A stretch of DNA of 64,000 nucleotides from an uncultured Planctomycetota bacterium (GTDB lineage: Bacteria > Planctomycetota > Planctomycetia > Gemmatales > Gemmataceae): assembly GCA_963849325.1 (NCBI GenBank), contig CAWKHF010000005.1:448001-512000 (forward strand), in the 5' to 3' direction. Of this stretch, positions 54,762 through 64,000 are shown one piece after another (the first letter of the stretch is position 1; each line of letters begins with the position of its first letter). A program made the position numbers and the translations under genes. The notes under the pieces were generated by a model. The model made no database searches. It was not told the origin of the DNA and saw nothing but the letters and a program-made list of their open reading frames with translations.

Positions 54762-57035
54762 TCACCAGGCCCGTCCGCAGAACCACGCCAGCACCGTCTC
54801 TCCCAAGACCAGGACGAACAGCGTGGCCAGAAGCCACATCGTCCATTCGTTCTTGAGCCGTTCGCCGCTGCCGAAGGCGCCGCCATCGTCGCCGGCCGTC
54901 AGGTGTATCGGCCTGAACCCCAGTTGTTTGTCGATGTCCTCGACGCTCATCGGTCCCATCTGCTCGCTGTCGCGCACGTCGGGCGTCACGGCAAACGGTA
55001 CGCCGTCCGGCTCGTCGGCTCGTGAGTCGATCGTGTCCTCCCCCGGCCGCGGTGTGCGATCGGCCGGCACGATGCGATAGACGCCGGCACGCGGCGTATC
55101 GTCGGCGGTCACGAGCGGCCGGCCCGCCACCGTCTCGGGATAGCCGAGGCGGACGTACACGCCGTCGGGCCGTACCAGGTCGTAAGCCCGGACGGTGCCC
55201 GCCTTCGGTGCCTGCCAGTGCAGTCGTTCGCCGGCGATACGGTTGTGTGCCTGCGGCTGACCTTGCAGCAGGTAGTTGAGCGACACCTGCACGAAGGGCA
55301 CGAACACCGGCGTGATGAACCAGTCGGTCCAACGCGGATCGCTGACGGAGGTGGTGAAAAACAGCACCTCGCCCTCGCCCGGCCGCTTGCGAGCGGCGAC
55401 GGCGACCCCGCCGTTGCTGTAGCGCAGCAGGACGCGCGTCTCGTCCAGCGTGCCGGGCGTCTCGGGCTGATTCTCCAGCTCCAGCGCTCGCCGGACCTCG
55501 ACGCGGTCGATGCCGGCGTAACCCTCCTCCTCGCGGAACTTGGCGAATGGATGCGACTCGGCGCTGCGGCGGTCGAACGTCCACGGCCTGTCGGCCGGCG
55601 CATCGACGACATGGGAGACCTTCAAAGGGGTCAATCGATGTTGCTCATACAGCAGCCGGTTGTACGAGTCGGGATCGACACGATCACCGGCGAAGATCAT
55701 CAGGCCGTGACCTTCGCGCACGAAGGAGGCCAGCGTCTTGAGGAACTCCGGCGACAGGTTGCCGCCCTCGTTCTTGCCGCCTGGCTCCAGGCGCACGTTG
55801 ACGAGGATGCACAAGTCCTTGTTGGCCAGCGACCGCGGCGTGGCGCGTTCGGCCGTCGTCGTCTGCGCCGGCAGGTTGAGGGCGTGCCGCAGGTAAAAAC
55901 CGCCGGCGTGGCGCGGCTCGCGCTCATTGGGAGCGCCATCGACGAGGAGGATGCTGACCTCGTTCTGGACGGCGAGCACCTGATCGAAACGGTTGTCGGC
56001 GTCGAGGTCGTCGGGGCGGACGCGGGCAGTGAGGATGCGGCGGCCAGGCCGGTCGAGCAGGCCGGTGAGCACGACGGCGCGCGTCTCGCCCGGTTTCAGC
56101 TCCTCCAGCGGCCGGGTGTCGCGCTCCGTCGATTTGCCATCTACCTCCAGGCTGACGCTGAGGTTGCGGAGCGTCTCGGCGCCGGTGTTGCGCACCAGGA
56201 CGGCGAAGTCGGCCCGTTCGCCGCTGCGCAGACTGCTCTGCGGCGTGATGCCGACGATGGCGGCGTTGGCCGGAGTGCGCGTGGCGCAATGCACCAGATG
56301 GACGTGGGCCAGCTCGTGGATGTCCTTCAACTTCTCGGTGAGGGCGGCGGCCTGGGCGTCCCAGCCGCGCTTCTGCATGTCGCTGAACAGGTACAGTTCC
56401 TTGTTGGGCGATTGGCCACGCCGCAGCACGGCGATGGCCTCGGCGACGCCGGGCAGCAGGTCGCTACCCTGGTCCGTCGCCTCCAGGTCGCTGACGATCC
56501 GCCGGGCCTGGTCGAGGTGCGCCGGCGTCTGCGGTCCTAGCAGCGTCGCGCGATCCGAGACGCCGATCACCTGCGCCGTCGAGTGCGCCGGCAGGCCGGC
56601 GATCACGGCCAGCGCCGCCGCCTTCGCCCGGTCGAGACGTCGGACGCTGCCGTCGTCGTCGGCGAGTTGTTTGAGGGCCGACAGGTACGAATCGCTGCCA
56701 GGGTTGGGCGGGGCCACGCCGTCGCGCGCCGCCATGCTCAGGGACGTGTCGAGGACGAGCACGGCATCGACGGCATCGCCCTGGCCGCCGCCATGCGCCG
56801 TGGTCGAGGGCCGCGCCAACGCCAACGCCAACAGCGCCAGGACTGTCACGCGCAGGACGAGCAGCAACAACTCCTGGAAGCGCAGGCGTCGGCTGGTCTG
56901 CTCGATGCTGGTGAGCAGAAACTTCATGGCCGCCCACGGCACGGTGCGATAGCGGCTGCGGTAGAAGAAGTGCAGCGCGATCGGGATGCCGCAGGCGAGC
57001 AGACCGCCGAGCATGTAGGGTGCGAGGAACGACAT
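54762..57035 (-). CDS. BatA-domain/vWA/CARDB-like membrane protein
   Basis: PIALHFF..VPWAAMKFL..LALARP; DTSLSM; FSDMQ; DDLDADN; C-terminal TM. Confidence 0.88.
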   Translation of the reverse strand: MSFLAPYMLGGLLACGIPIALHFFYRSRYRTVPWAAMKFLLTSIEQTSRRLRFQELLLLVLRVTVLALLALALARPSTTAHGGGQGDAVDAVLVLDTSLSMAARDGVAPPNPGSDSYLSALKQLADDDGSVRRLDRAKAAALAVIAGLPAHSTAQVIGVSDRATLLGPQTPAHLDQARRIVSDLEATDQGSDLLPGVAEAIAVLRRGQSPNKELYLFSDMQKRGWDAQAAALTEKLKDIHELAHVHLVHCATRTPANAAIVGITPQSSLRSGERADFAVLVRNTGAETLRNLSVSLEVDGKSTERDTRPLEELKPGETRAVVLTGLLDRPGRRILTARVRPDDLDADNRFDQVLAVQNEVSILLVDGAPNEREPRHAGGFYLRHALNLPAQTTTAERATPRSLANKDLCILVNVRLEPGGKNEGGNLSPEFLKTLASFVREGHGLMIFAGDRVDPDSYNRLLYEQHRLTPLKVSHVVDAPADRPWTFDRRSAESHPFAKFREEEGYAGIDRVEVRRALELENQPETPGTLDETRVLLRYSNGGVAVAARKRPGEGEVLFFTTSVSDPRWTDWFITPVFVPFVQVSLNYLLQGQPQAHNRIAGERLHWQAPKAGTVRAYDLVRPDGVYVRLGYPETVAGRPLVTADDTPRAGVYRIVPADRTPRPGEDTIDSRADEPDGVPFAVTPDVRDSEQMGPMSVEDIDKQLGFRPIHLTAGDDGGAFGSGERLKNEWTMWLLATLFVLVLGETVLAWFCGRAW

Positions 57036-57051
57036 AGCCTCCTCAATTCCG

Positions 57052-57145
57052 GCTCCCCTCTCCCCCGCTTCGGGGGAGAGGGGTAGGGGGAGACGCCGTC
57101 CCCTCACCCCCAACCCCTCTCCCCCGAAGCGGGGGAGAGGGGAGC
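57052..57145. repeat. Double-hairpin palindrome, family E, copy 2
   Basis: Matches 44374-44467. Confidence 0.9.
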
Positions 57146-57150
57146 AAAAC

Positions 57151-58033
57151 TCACAGACCCTGAAGTCGCCGTGCCAGATACTCCGCCAGCGCCGGCGCCA
57201 GCGGCCGCGACGTGTCCATCAACACGTAATCGCAGCGGTTGGCCTGGCAGCCGGCTTGCAACTCCTTCAAGTACGCCTGCACCGCCCGCAGGTACGCCGG
57301 ACGAATCAGGTGCGGCCGGGCCAGCACATTTTGACGCTCCTCCAGCGCGTCGAACTTCGTCATGCCCTCGAAGGGAAAGCCGATTTCGTCGGGGTGGAGG
57401 ATGTGGAAGATCGTCACCTCATGGCCCTGGAAGCGCAGGTGCTGCAAGGCCGTCAGCAGGCTAGCCACATCGTCGAAGCAGTCGGAGATCAGGAAGACCA
57501 ACCCGCGCCGCCGAGCTTGCTGGGCCAGGTCGTGCAGCAGCGGAGCGATGGCCGTCTTCTCGCGCGGCTCGGCGCTTTCGAGTTGGCGCAAGATCGTCTG
57601 CATGTGGCCGGGCTGGCTGCTGGGCGGCAGACGGAAGCGCCAGCCGGCGTCGAAGATGCCGAGGCTGACGCTGTCGCGCTGATGGATGATGACGTAAGCC
57701 AGCGTCGCCGCCAGCAGCTTGGCGTACTCCAGCTTATTCGTCTCGCCCTCGCCGTAGAGCATCGATCGGCTGGCGTCCACGACGACATGACCGATAAAAT
57801 TTGTCTCTTGTTCGTACTGCTTGATGGTGTAGCGTTCGGAGCGGCCGTAGCCCTTCCAGTCGATGTGGCGAATGTCGTCGCCAGGGACGTACTCGCGGTG
57901 CTGGACGAACTCAACGGAGAAGCCGCGGTAGGGACTTTTGTGGTCACCGATGCGCAGCCCTTCGACGATGCCGCGGGCCTTTAGCCCCAGCGCCTGCGCG
58001 AGCGACGACATCCGCCGGCAAGGTCAGTGTCAT
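57151..58033 (-). CDS. DUF58 family protein; probable frameshift near 58000
   Basis: GDHKSPYRGFSVEFVQHREYVPGDDIRHIDWK, DASRSM, ISDCF; likely start MTLTLPAD at 58033. Confidence 0.92.
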
Positions 58034-58049
58034 GGTAAGACCCCAAAAT

Positions 58050-58178
58050 TAACCACAGAGTCACAGAGAACACAGAGAGAAGACAACACCGAGAAAAAAT
58101 GAATTATTAATAGTTAAAACGTCTCTTGTATTTCTTTTCTCCGTGTTTTTCTCTGTGCTCTCTGTGACTCTGTGGTTA
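58050..58178. repeat. Inverted nonamer-type element (CACAGAGAA-like) with an AT-rich spacer
   Basis: 29-bp arms TAACCACAGAGTCACAGAGA(A/G)CACAGAGA with one mismatch. Confidence 0.92.
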
Positions 58179-58190
58179 GTTATTTTCTCC

Positions 58191-59209
<1,019 letters not shown>

Positions 59210-59391
59210 GGCGGGTATCGCTCAGTCGGGTGGTCGGGCCAACAGCGGGCCGCGTTCGGAGGAAGGCCGAGGCGGGCCGAACAAGGCGGGTGGCCTCACG
59301 GAGGGAGGGCGAGGCAAGGCCAAGAATCACTGTATCCGTGGCCGGCACCGGACGCAAGCAAATGCACGCAAGATTTTTGGCCGACGCGCCC

Positions 59392-60273
59392 TCACTCCTC
59401 GTCGCGCAGGTCGCTCCAATCCTCGACGGGGGCGGCATCGCCCAATGGCGCGATGGTGGGCAGGAACGGGAACAGGCGTGCGCGAGCGGCATCGTCCAGC
59501 GGCGCGCCGTACTCGGACACCTCGAACGCCTCGATGTACTCGACGGCGTGGCCGCGTTCGACGCCGTAAGTCTGCACGACGCGATCGCGGTGGCGATTCG
59601 TCAGGGGGCGGAGGCGGTGTTGCATGCACTCCTTGAGCCACTGTCGCCGGGCGCCGTCGTCGGCCGACACCTGGTCGGCGTAGCCGCCGTTGTAGGGCAG
59701 CCATTCGTAAAACTGCGAGACGTGACAGTGAAGCATATTTATCAGTGCGTCCATCTCCGATCCGATGTCCACGACGACGTCGGCGCTGAACGGCGCCGGC
59801 TTTTTGAAATCGTCGCTCAGGTAGAGGATGACCGGATCGCGCTCCAGGTGCGGCGTGTCGGGGCAAATGGCCGGCACCGTGACCATGTAGGCGGCGTCCT
59901 GCACCAGCACCGACGTGTAGCGATGATCGGGGTGGTAGTCGTTGGGCCGGTGCGTCAGGATCAGGTCGGGCTGGAAGGCGCGGATGAGGCGGATGAGCTG
60001 GTGCCGTGCCTCCAGGGTCGGCAGCAGTCCGCCGTCGGGATGATCGAGCACATCGTAGCTGGCCCCGATGACGGCGCCGGCGGCCTGTGCCTCGGCGCGG
60101 CGGCGGGTGACGAGGGCGGCGCCGCGCAGCGTTTGATGGCCGGCGCCGCCGTCGGTGACGCTGACAAACTTGATCTCGTGGCCGAGCCGTCGCCAGAGGG
60201 CGGACGTGCCGCCGGCCTTGATGTCGGCGTCGTCGGGGTGAGCGCCCAGAACCAGAATGCGGAGTGATGGCAT
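59392..60273 (-). CDS. PIG-L/LmbE family deacetylase
   Basis: GAHPDD, RRAEA, THRPNDYHPDH, HVSQ, EAFE. Confidence 0.92.
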   Translation of the reverse strand: MPSLRILVLGAHPDDADIKAGGTSALWRRLGHEIKFVSVTDGGAGHQTLRGAALVTRRRAEAQAAGAVIGASYDVLDHPDGGLLPTLEARHQLIRLIRAFQPDLILTHRPNDYHPDHRYTSVLVQDAAYMVTVPAICPDTPHLERDPVILYLSDDFKKPAPFSADVVVDIGSEMDALINMLHCHVSQFYEWLPYNGGYADQVSADDGARRQWLKECMQHRLRPLTNRHRDRVVQTYGVERGHAVEYIEAFEVSEYGAPLDDAARARLFPFLPTIAPLGDAAPVEDWSDLRDEE

Positions 60274-60441
60274 GATTCGTCAGGGTGAGAGGAAGGAAAC
60301 CACCGAGCGGCCGGTTCGTCTGGCCCTGTCGCGTCAGTATAGAGGATAAGGCGACTCCCTCGCCAGAGTGCGGCAGCGTGTATACTTGCAGCGTGTCCCG
60401 CACGCTAAGCCGCAAGCGGCCCTGACGACGAGATTTTGTCG

Positions 60442-62043
60442 ATGAGCAACGAGCTGGAACAGCGAGTCGAGTCGATCCGCCGCGAAGAGGAGCCGATTCG
60501 CGCCGGCGGCGGGCAGCGCGCCATCGACCGCCAGCACGCCAAGGGCCGCCTCACCGCCCGCGAACGCATCGACCGCCTGCTCGATCCCGGCACGTCGTTC
60601 TTCGAGCTGGGCCTGTGGGCGGCGTGGGGGATGTACCGCGAGTGGGGCGGCGCGCCGGCGGCCGGCGTCGTCACCGGCATCGGCACGCGTCTGCGGCCGG
60701 CAGCGTCATGCTCATCGCCAACGACGCCACCGTCAAGGCCGGCGCCTTCTTCCCCATGACCTGCAAGAAGGTGCTGCGCGCCCAGCGCATCGCCCTGGAC
60801 AACCGCCTGCCGCTGGTCTACCTCGTGGACAGCGCCGGCGTCTTTCTGCCGCTGCAAGACGAGGTGTTTCCCGACGAGGACGACTTCGGCCGCATCTTCC
60901 GCAACAACGCCGTCATCTCGGCGGCGGGCATGCCGCAGTTCGCGGCCATCCTCGGCAACTGCGTGGCCGGCGGCGGCTATCTGCCGGTGCTGTGCGACAA
61001 GCTGCTGATGACCGAGGGCAGCGGCTTGTACCTGGCCGGGCCGGCGCTGGTGAAGGCGGCCATCGGGCAGAACGTCACCACGAGGAACTGGGCGGCGCCG
61101 CCATGCACGCCGCCATCTCCGGCACCATCGACTTCCGCGAACCAGACGACGCCGCCTGCCTCGACCGCCTGCGCCGCCTCGTCGAGGCTGCTGCCGCCGG
61201 ACGCCGCGCCGCGTCTCGATCGACCGTCGCGCCGGGCCGGCCGCCGGCCGACCTGCTGCAGCTGTTTCCGGCCGAACCCGCGGCAGGAGTACGACGTGCG
61301 CGACCTGCTGCCGTGCCTGCTCGACGCGGGACCGTTCGACGAGTACAAGGCGGAGTACGGCCAGACGCTGGTGTGCGGCTACGGCCGGCTCGGCGGCGTG
61401 GCGGTCGGCGTGGTGGCCAACCAGCACAAGCGCTGCCGGCCGGCGAGCGGGCCGTTGCAGTTCGGCGGCGTCCTCTACGTCGATAGCGCCGACAAGGCGG
61501 CGCGCTTCATCATGGACTGCAACCAGGGCCGGATGCCGATCCTGTTCTTGCAGGACGTGAACGGCTTCATGGTCGGCCGCGATTCGGAGCAGGCCGGCAT
61601 CATCCGCGCCGGCGCCAAGCTGGTCAACGTCATCGCCAACAGCGTCGTGCCGAAGATCACGCTGATCCTCGGCGGCTCGTTCGGGGCCGGCAATTACGCC
61701 CTGTGCGGCAAGGCGTTCGATCCGCGTTTCATCTTCGCCTGGCCGACGGCGCGCTACGCCGTCATGGGCGGCGACCAGGCGGCCAGCACGCTGCTGGACA
61801 TCACCATCAACGCCCTGCGCCGCACCGGCCACGAGCCGGACGCCGAGGAGCTGGAGGAGCTGCGGCGGAAGGTCGAGGCGAGCTATCACGAGCAGACCGA
61901 CGTGCGCTACGCGGCGGCGCGGCTGTGGGTGGACCGGATCATCGATCCGGCCGCAGTCGCGCGACGCGCTGCTGACGGCGCTGGCGGTGGCCACGCGCTA
62001 CGACGACGGCCGGCCGTTCCGCACCGGCGTGTTGCAGGTGTGA
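60442..62043 (+). CDS. Acyl-CoA carboxylase carboxyltransferase (beta) subunit, MCC-like; frameshifts near 60700, 61080, 61190 and 61960
   Basis: GRLTARERI, ANDATVKAGA, LVDSAG, GNCVAGGGY, QDVNGFMVG, GSFGAGNY; ends FRTGVLQV with TGA at 62041-62043. Confidence 0.9.
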
Positions 62044-62052
62044 GAAAAGTTC

Positions 62053-62119
62053 TCCGTTTAGCCGCGACGGGCAGCGGAGCGCGTCTGCCGCGCTCCGCTG
62101 CCCGTCGCGGCTAAACGGA
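62053..62119. repeat. REP-like palindrome, family C, copy 3
   Basis: Same family as 14475 and 34575, with a compensatory C-G to G-C change. Confidence 0.9.
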
Positions 62120-62126
62120 AATGGTG

Positions 62127-62477
62127 TTATAGACCCTTGGGGACCGGCAACGCCTCGTGCGGCATGGGCAGCGGTCCCGGCGGAAGCGCCGCGCCGGGCG
62201 GCGGAGCGATCGCCGGACCTTCGCAGTGTGCGTAGTTCGGCGGGAACGGCCAGGGGTGCCAGCACGTCGGATAGAAGCCGTAGTTCTCCATCTCACAGGC
62301 TGGGCAGATTGGCTTGGGACAGACGTTCTTGTACTTGATCCTTGGCTCCTTGGGCCGGCAGAACACGGTCGTGGGACAGTGGCACTCGCCCGCCCCAGCG
62401 GGGCGGGACACGGCCGTCAACACCAGGCAGGGAGCCAGAAGCAGGGCCAGCGAGCCGGCCACGGATCTCAGCGTCAC
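62127..62477 (-). CDS. Small secreted Cys/Pro-rich protein
   Basis: GTG at 62477 after RBS AAGGAGG; signal peptide; YGFYPTCWHPWP motif. Confidence 0.7.
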   Translation of the reverse strand: MTLRSVAGSLALLLAPCLVLTAVSRPAGAGECHCPTTVFCRPKEPRIKYKNVCPKPICPACEMENYGFYPTCWHPWPFPPNYAHCEGPAIAPPPGAALPPGPLPMPHEALPVPKGL

Positions 62478-62570
62478 GGGAGTTCCTCCTTGAAGTCTCA
62501 CAGGTGCGGCGCCCTTTTTCATCCTTGGTGTTCGTCAGGCGCTGCGTAGCAACAGGGCAAACACAACTAT

Positions 62571-62613
62571 CATTCATTTTTACATTTTTATTTTTTATTT
62601 TTCACTTTTCATT
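62571..62613 (-). repeat. Degenerate AATGAAA heptamer array
   Basis: On the minus strand AATGAAAAGTGAAAAATAAAAAATAAAAATGTAAAAATGAATG, starting at the stop of the upstream gene; same family as 18747. Confidence 0.8.
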
Positions 62614-63088
62614 AACGTTGTCGCACGTAGGGGGGCTGGTTCAGTCCGCCGACGTTCAGGCCGGCGGCGCCCAGACCGCCGATGCTCGTGCCGGCGGTAT
62701 TGGGGCGAGATGCGTTCGGATAGTTGCCGCGTCCGGTCGGCAGGCTGAAGAAATACTGGTTGTACTGCATGAATCGAGCGGCGGAATAGCCGGTGTCCGA
62801 CACGCCGGTGTTGCGCGGCGGCGCCACGCCCGGAAGCGTCTGCCGGGTGATGATCTGGTTTTGTAGCGCCTGGAACGTCGTCTGCGCTTGCATCTGCGGC
62901 TGCACGATGCCCATGTAATTGACCGCCGGGTTGCCGACCCCGTTGCGATTGCGCAACAGATTCACCATCGGCATGTTGATCTGGTCGCCGTAGGGCGAAA
63001 TCTGCGGCTGGAGATACTGCTGCGCGTGTCCCGCCGTCGCCGCCGCACAGCCGAGCAACACGCCGCCGATCAGACCCAGACGATTCAT
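62612..63088 (-). CDS. Hypothetical secreted low-complexity protein
   Basis: RBS AGGAGG; signal peptide ending GHA-Q; NYMGIVQPQ..TGYSAARFMQYNQYF. Confidence 0.75.
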   Translation of the reverse strand: MNRLGLIGGVLLGCAAATAGHAQQYLQPQISPYGDQINMPMVNLLRNRNGVGNPAVNYMGIVQPQMQAQTTFQALQNQIITRQTLPGVAPPRNTGVSDTGYSAARFMQYNQYFFSLPTGRGNYPNASRPNTAGTSIGGLGAAGLNVGGLNQPPYVRQR

Positions 63089-63139
63089 GAACGACCTCCT
63101 CGCTTCTCGGAAGGATTATCGACCGTTCCCGTGTCCATC

Positions 63140-63225
63140 CTGAGTTCTGAGTTCTGAGTTCTGAGTTCTGAGTGGATGGCACTCAGAACTCAGAACTCAG
63201 AACTCAGAACTCAGAACTCAGAACT
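63140..63225. repeat. Inverted heptamer arrays: (CTGAGTT)x~5, 7-nt spacer, (ACTCAGA)x6
   Basis: Directly visible; abuts the stop of the polysaccharide export gene. Confidence 0.95.
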
Positions 63226-64000
63226 TATAGTCCGCCCGTGCCGCCCGTGCGGACGGCGCCGACGGCGCCGGCGCCGAGCAAGCTGCCGCCGAAGCCGTTG
63301 GTGATCGGGTACAGGAACTGCGAGACGCGGTTGTTGAAGAAGAGCAGGCGGTTCGCCTTGACGTAGACGCGGTCGCCGGGGAAGAGCTGGTAGTTCGTGG
63401 CGGTGTCACCGGCCTGCGTGATGACGCTGCCAGTTGACGGGCAAGACCTGGTAGCAGCCGTTGCACGCCGGCGTCGGCCGGGCCACCCAGATGCGCTTGG
63501 TCGAACAGATCGTTGGCAGACCGTTAATCATGCCGATGGCGTCGAGCACGGTCTCGTTGCCGGTGACGGGCAGGCGGAAGACCTGCTCGCCGTAGCCGCC
63601 GCCGTCGATGATGACGTAATAGACCTTGCTGTTGAAGCTGGACACGCTCAGGGAGATTTCCGGGTTGAGCAGCCACTGCGACAGGTATTTCTCGATGACG
63701 CACTTGGCCTGGGCCAACGTCAGGCCGGTCACGGGGACACAGCCGTAACTGCCCAGGGCGATGGTGCCGTCCATCTGCACCAGATGGTCGCCGCGCGTCT
63801 GCTGCACGCCGCGGAACTGGGCCAGGGCCACGGCCACCTGCGGATTGGTCAGCGTGCGTTTGAGATGCTGCTGGATGTTCTGGGCCGCCTGCTCCAGGGT
63901 CTGCCCGGCCACGCGCACCGAACCGTAGGAATAGCCGAGGTTGACCGTGCCGTCGGGCGAGACCGGAAAGGGTCCGCCGATCGGTTGGTTGGGCAGCGTC
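63225..64000 (-). CDS. Polysaccharide biosynthesis/export protein (Wza-like, planctomycete type); 5' partial; frameshift near 63425
   Basis: VSPDGTVNLGYSYGSVRVAGQTL; NSKVYYVIIDGGGYGEQV.RLPVTGNETVLDAI; TNYQLFPGDRVYV. Confidence 0.88.

Overview
GC-rich (roughly 65-70% by eye) bacterial DNA, most likely Planctomycetota (Gemmataceae-like). The evidence is LExR-type leader peptides, an ECF sigma plus Ser/Thr kinase-WD40 pair, a planctomycete cytochrome c domain and a MoxR/DUF58/vWA/prenyltransferase-repeat operon. About 30 apparent 1-2 nt frameshifts, including in purK, point to an unpolished long-read assembly, so many CDS calls join several ORF-track pieces. Contents in order: two Gly-rich surface proteins behind an ECF-kinase pair, two-component genes, an ABC-F ATPase, a BatA-E-like operon, membrane glycosyltransferases, purE/purK, two zinc-ribbon membrane proteins, two GT2 genes, a ~15 kb MoxR operon, a PIG-L deacetylase, an acyl-CoA carboxylase beta subunit and a partial polysaccharide export gene. 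I saw no rRNA, tRNA, CRISPR array or transposase. Top observations: (1) a PAS histidine kinase has an in-frame TGA at a normally conserved Cys, followed by a SECIS-like hairpin, so it may be a selenoprotein sensor; (2) many families of palindromic and inverted tandem-repeat elements sit at gene junctions and in several cases supply stop codons, C-termini or even signal-peptide sequence; (3) an unannotated 42-aa basic zinc-ribbon ORF has a strong RBS.
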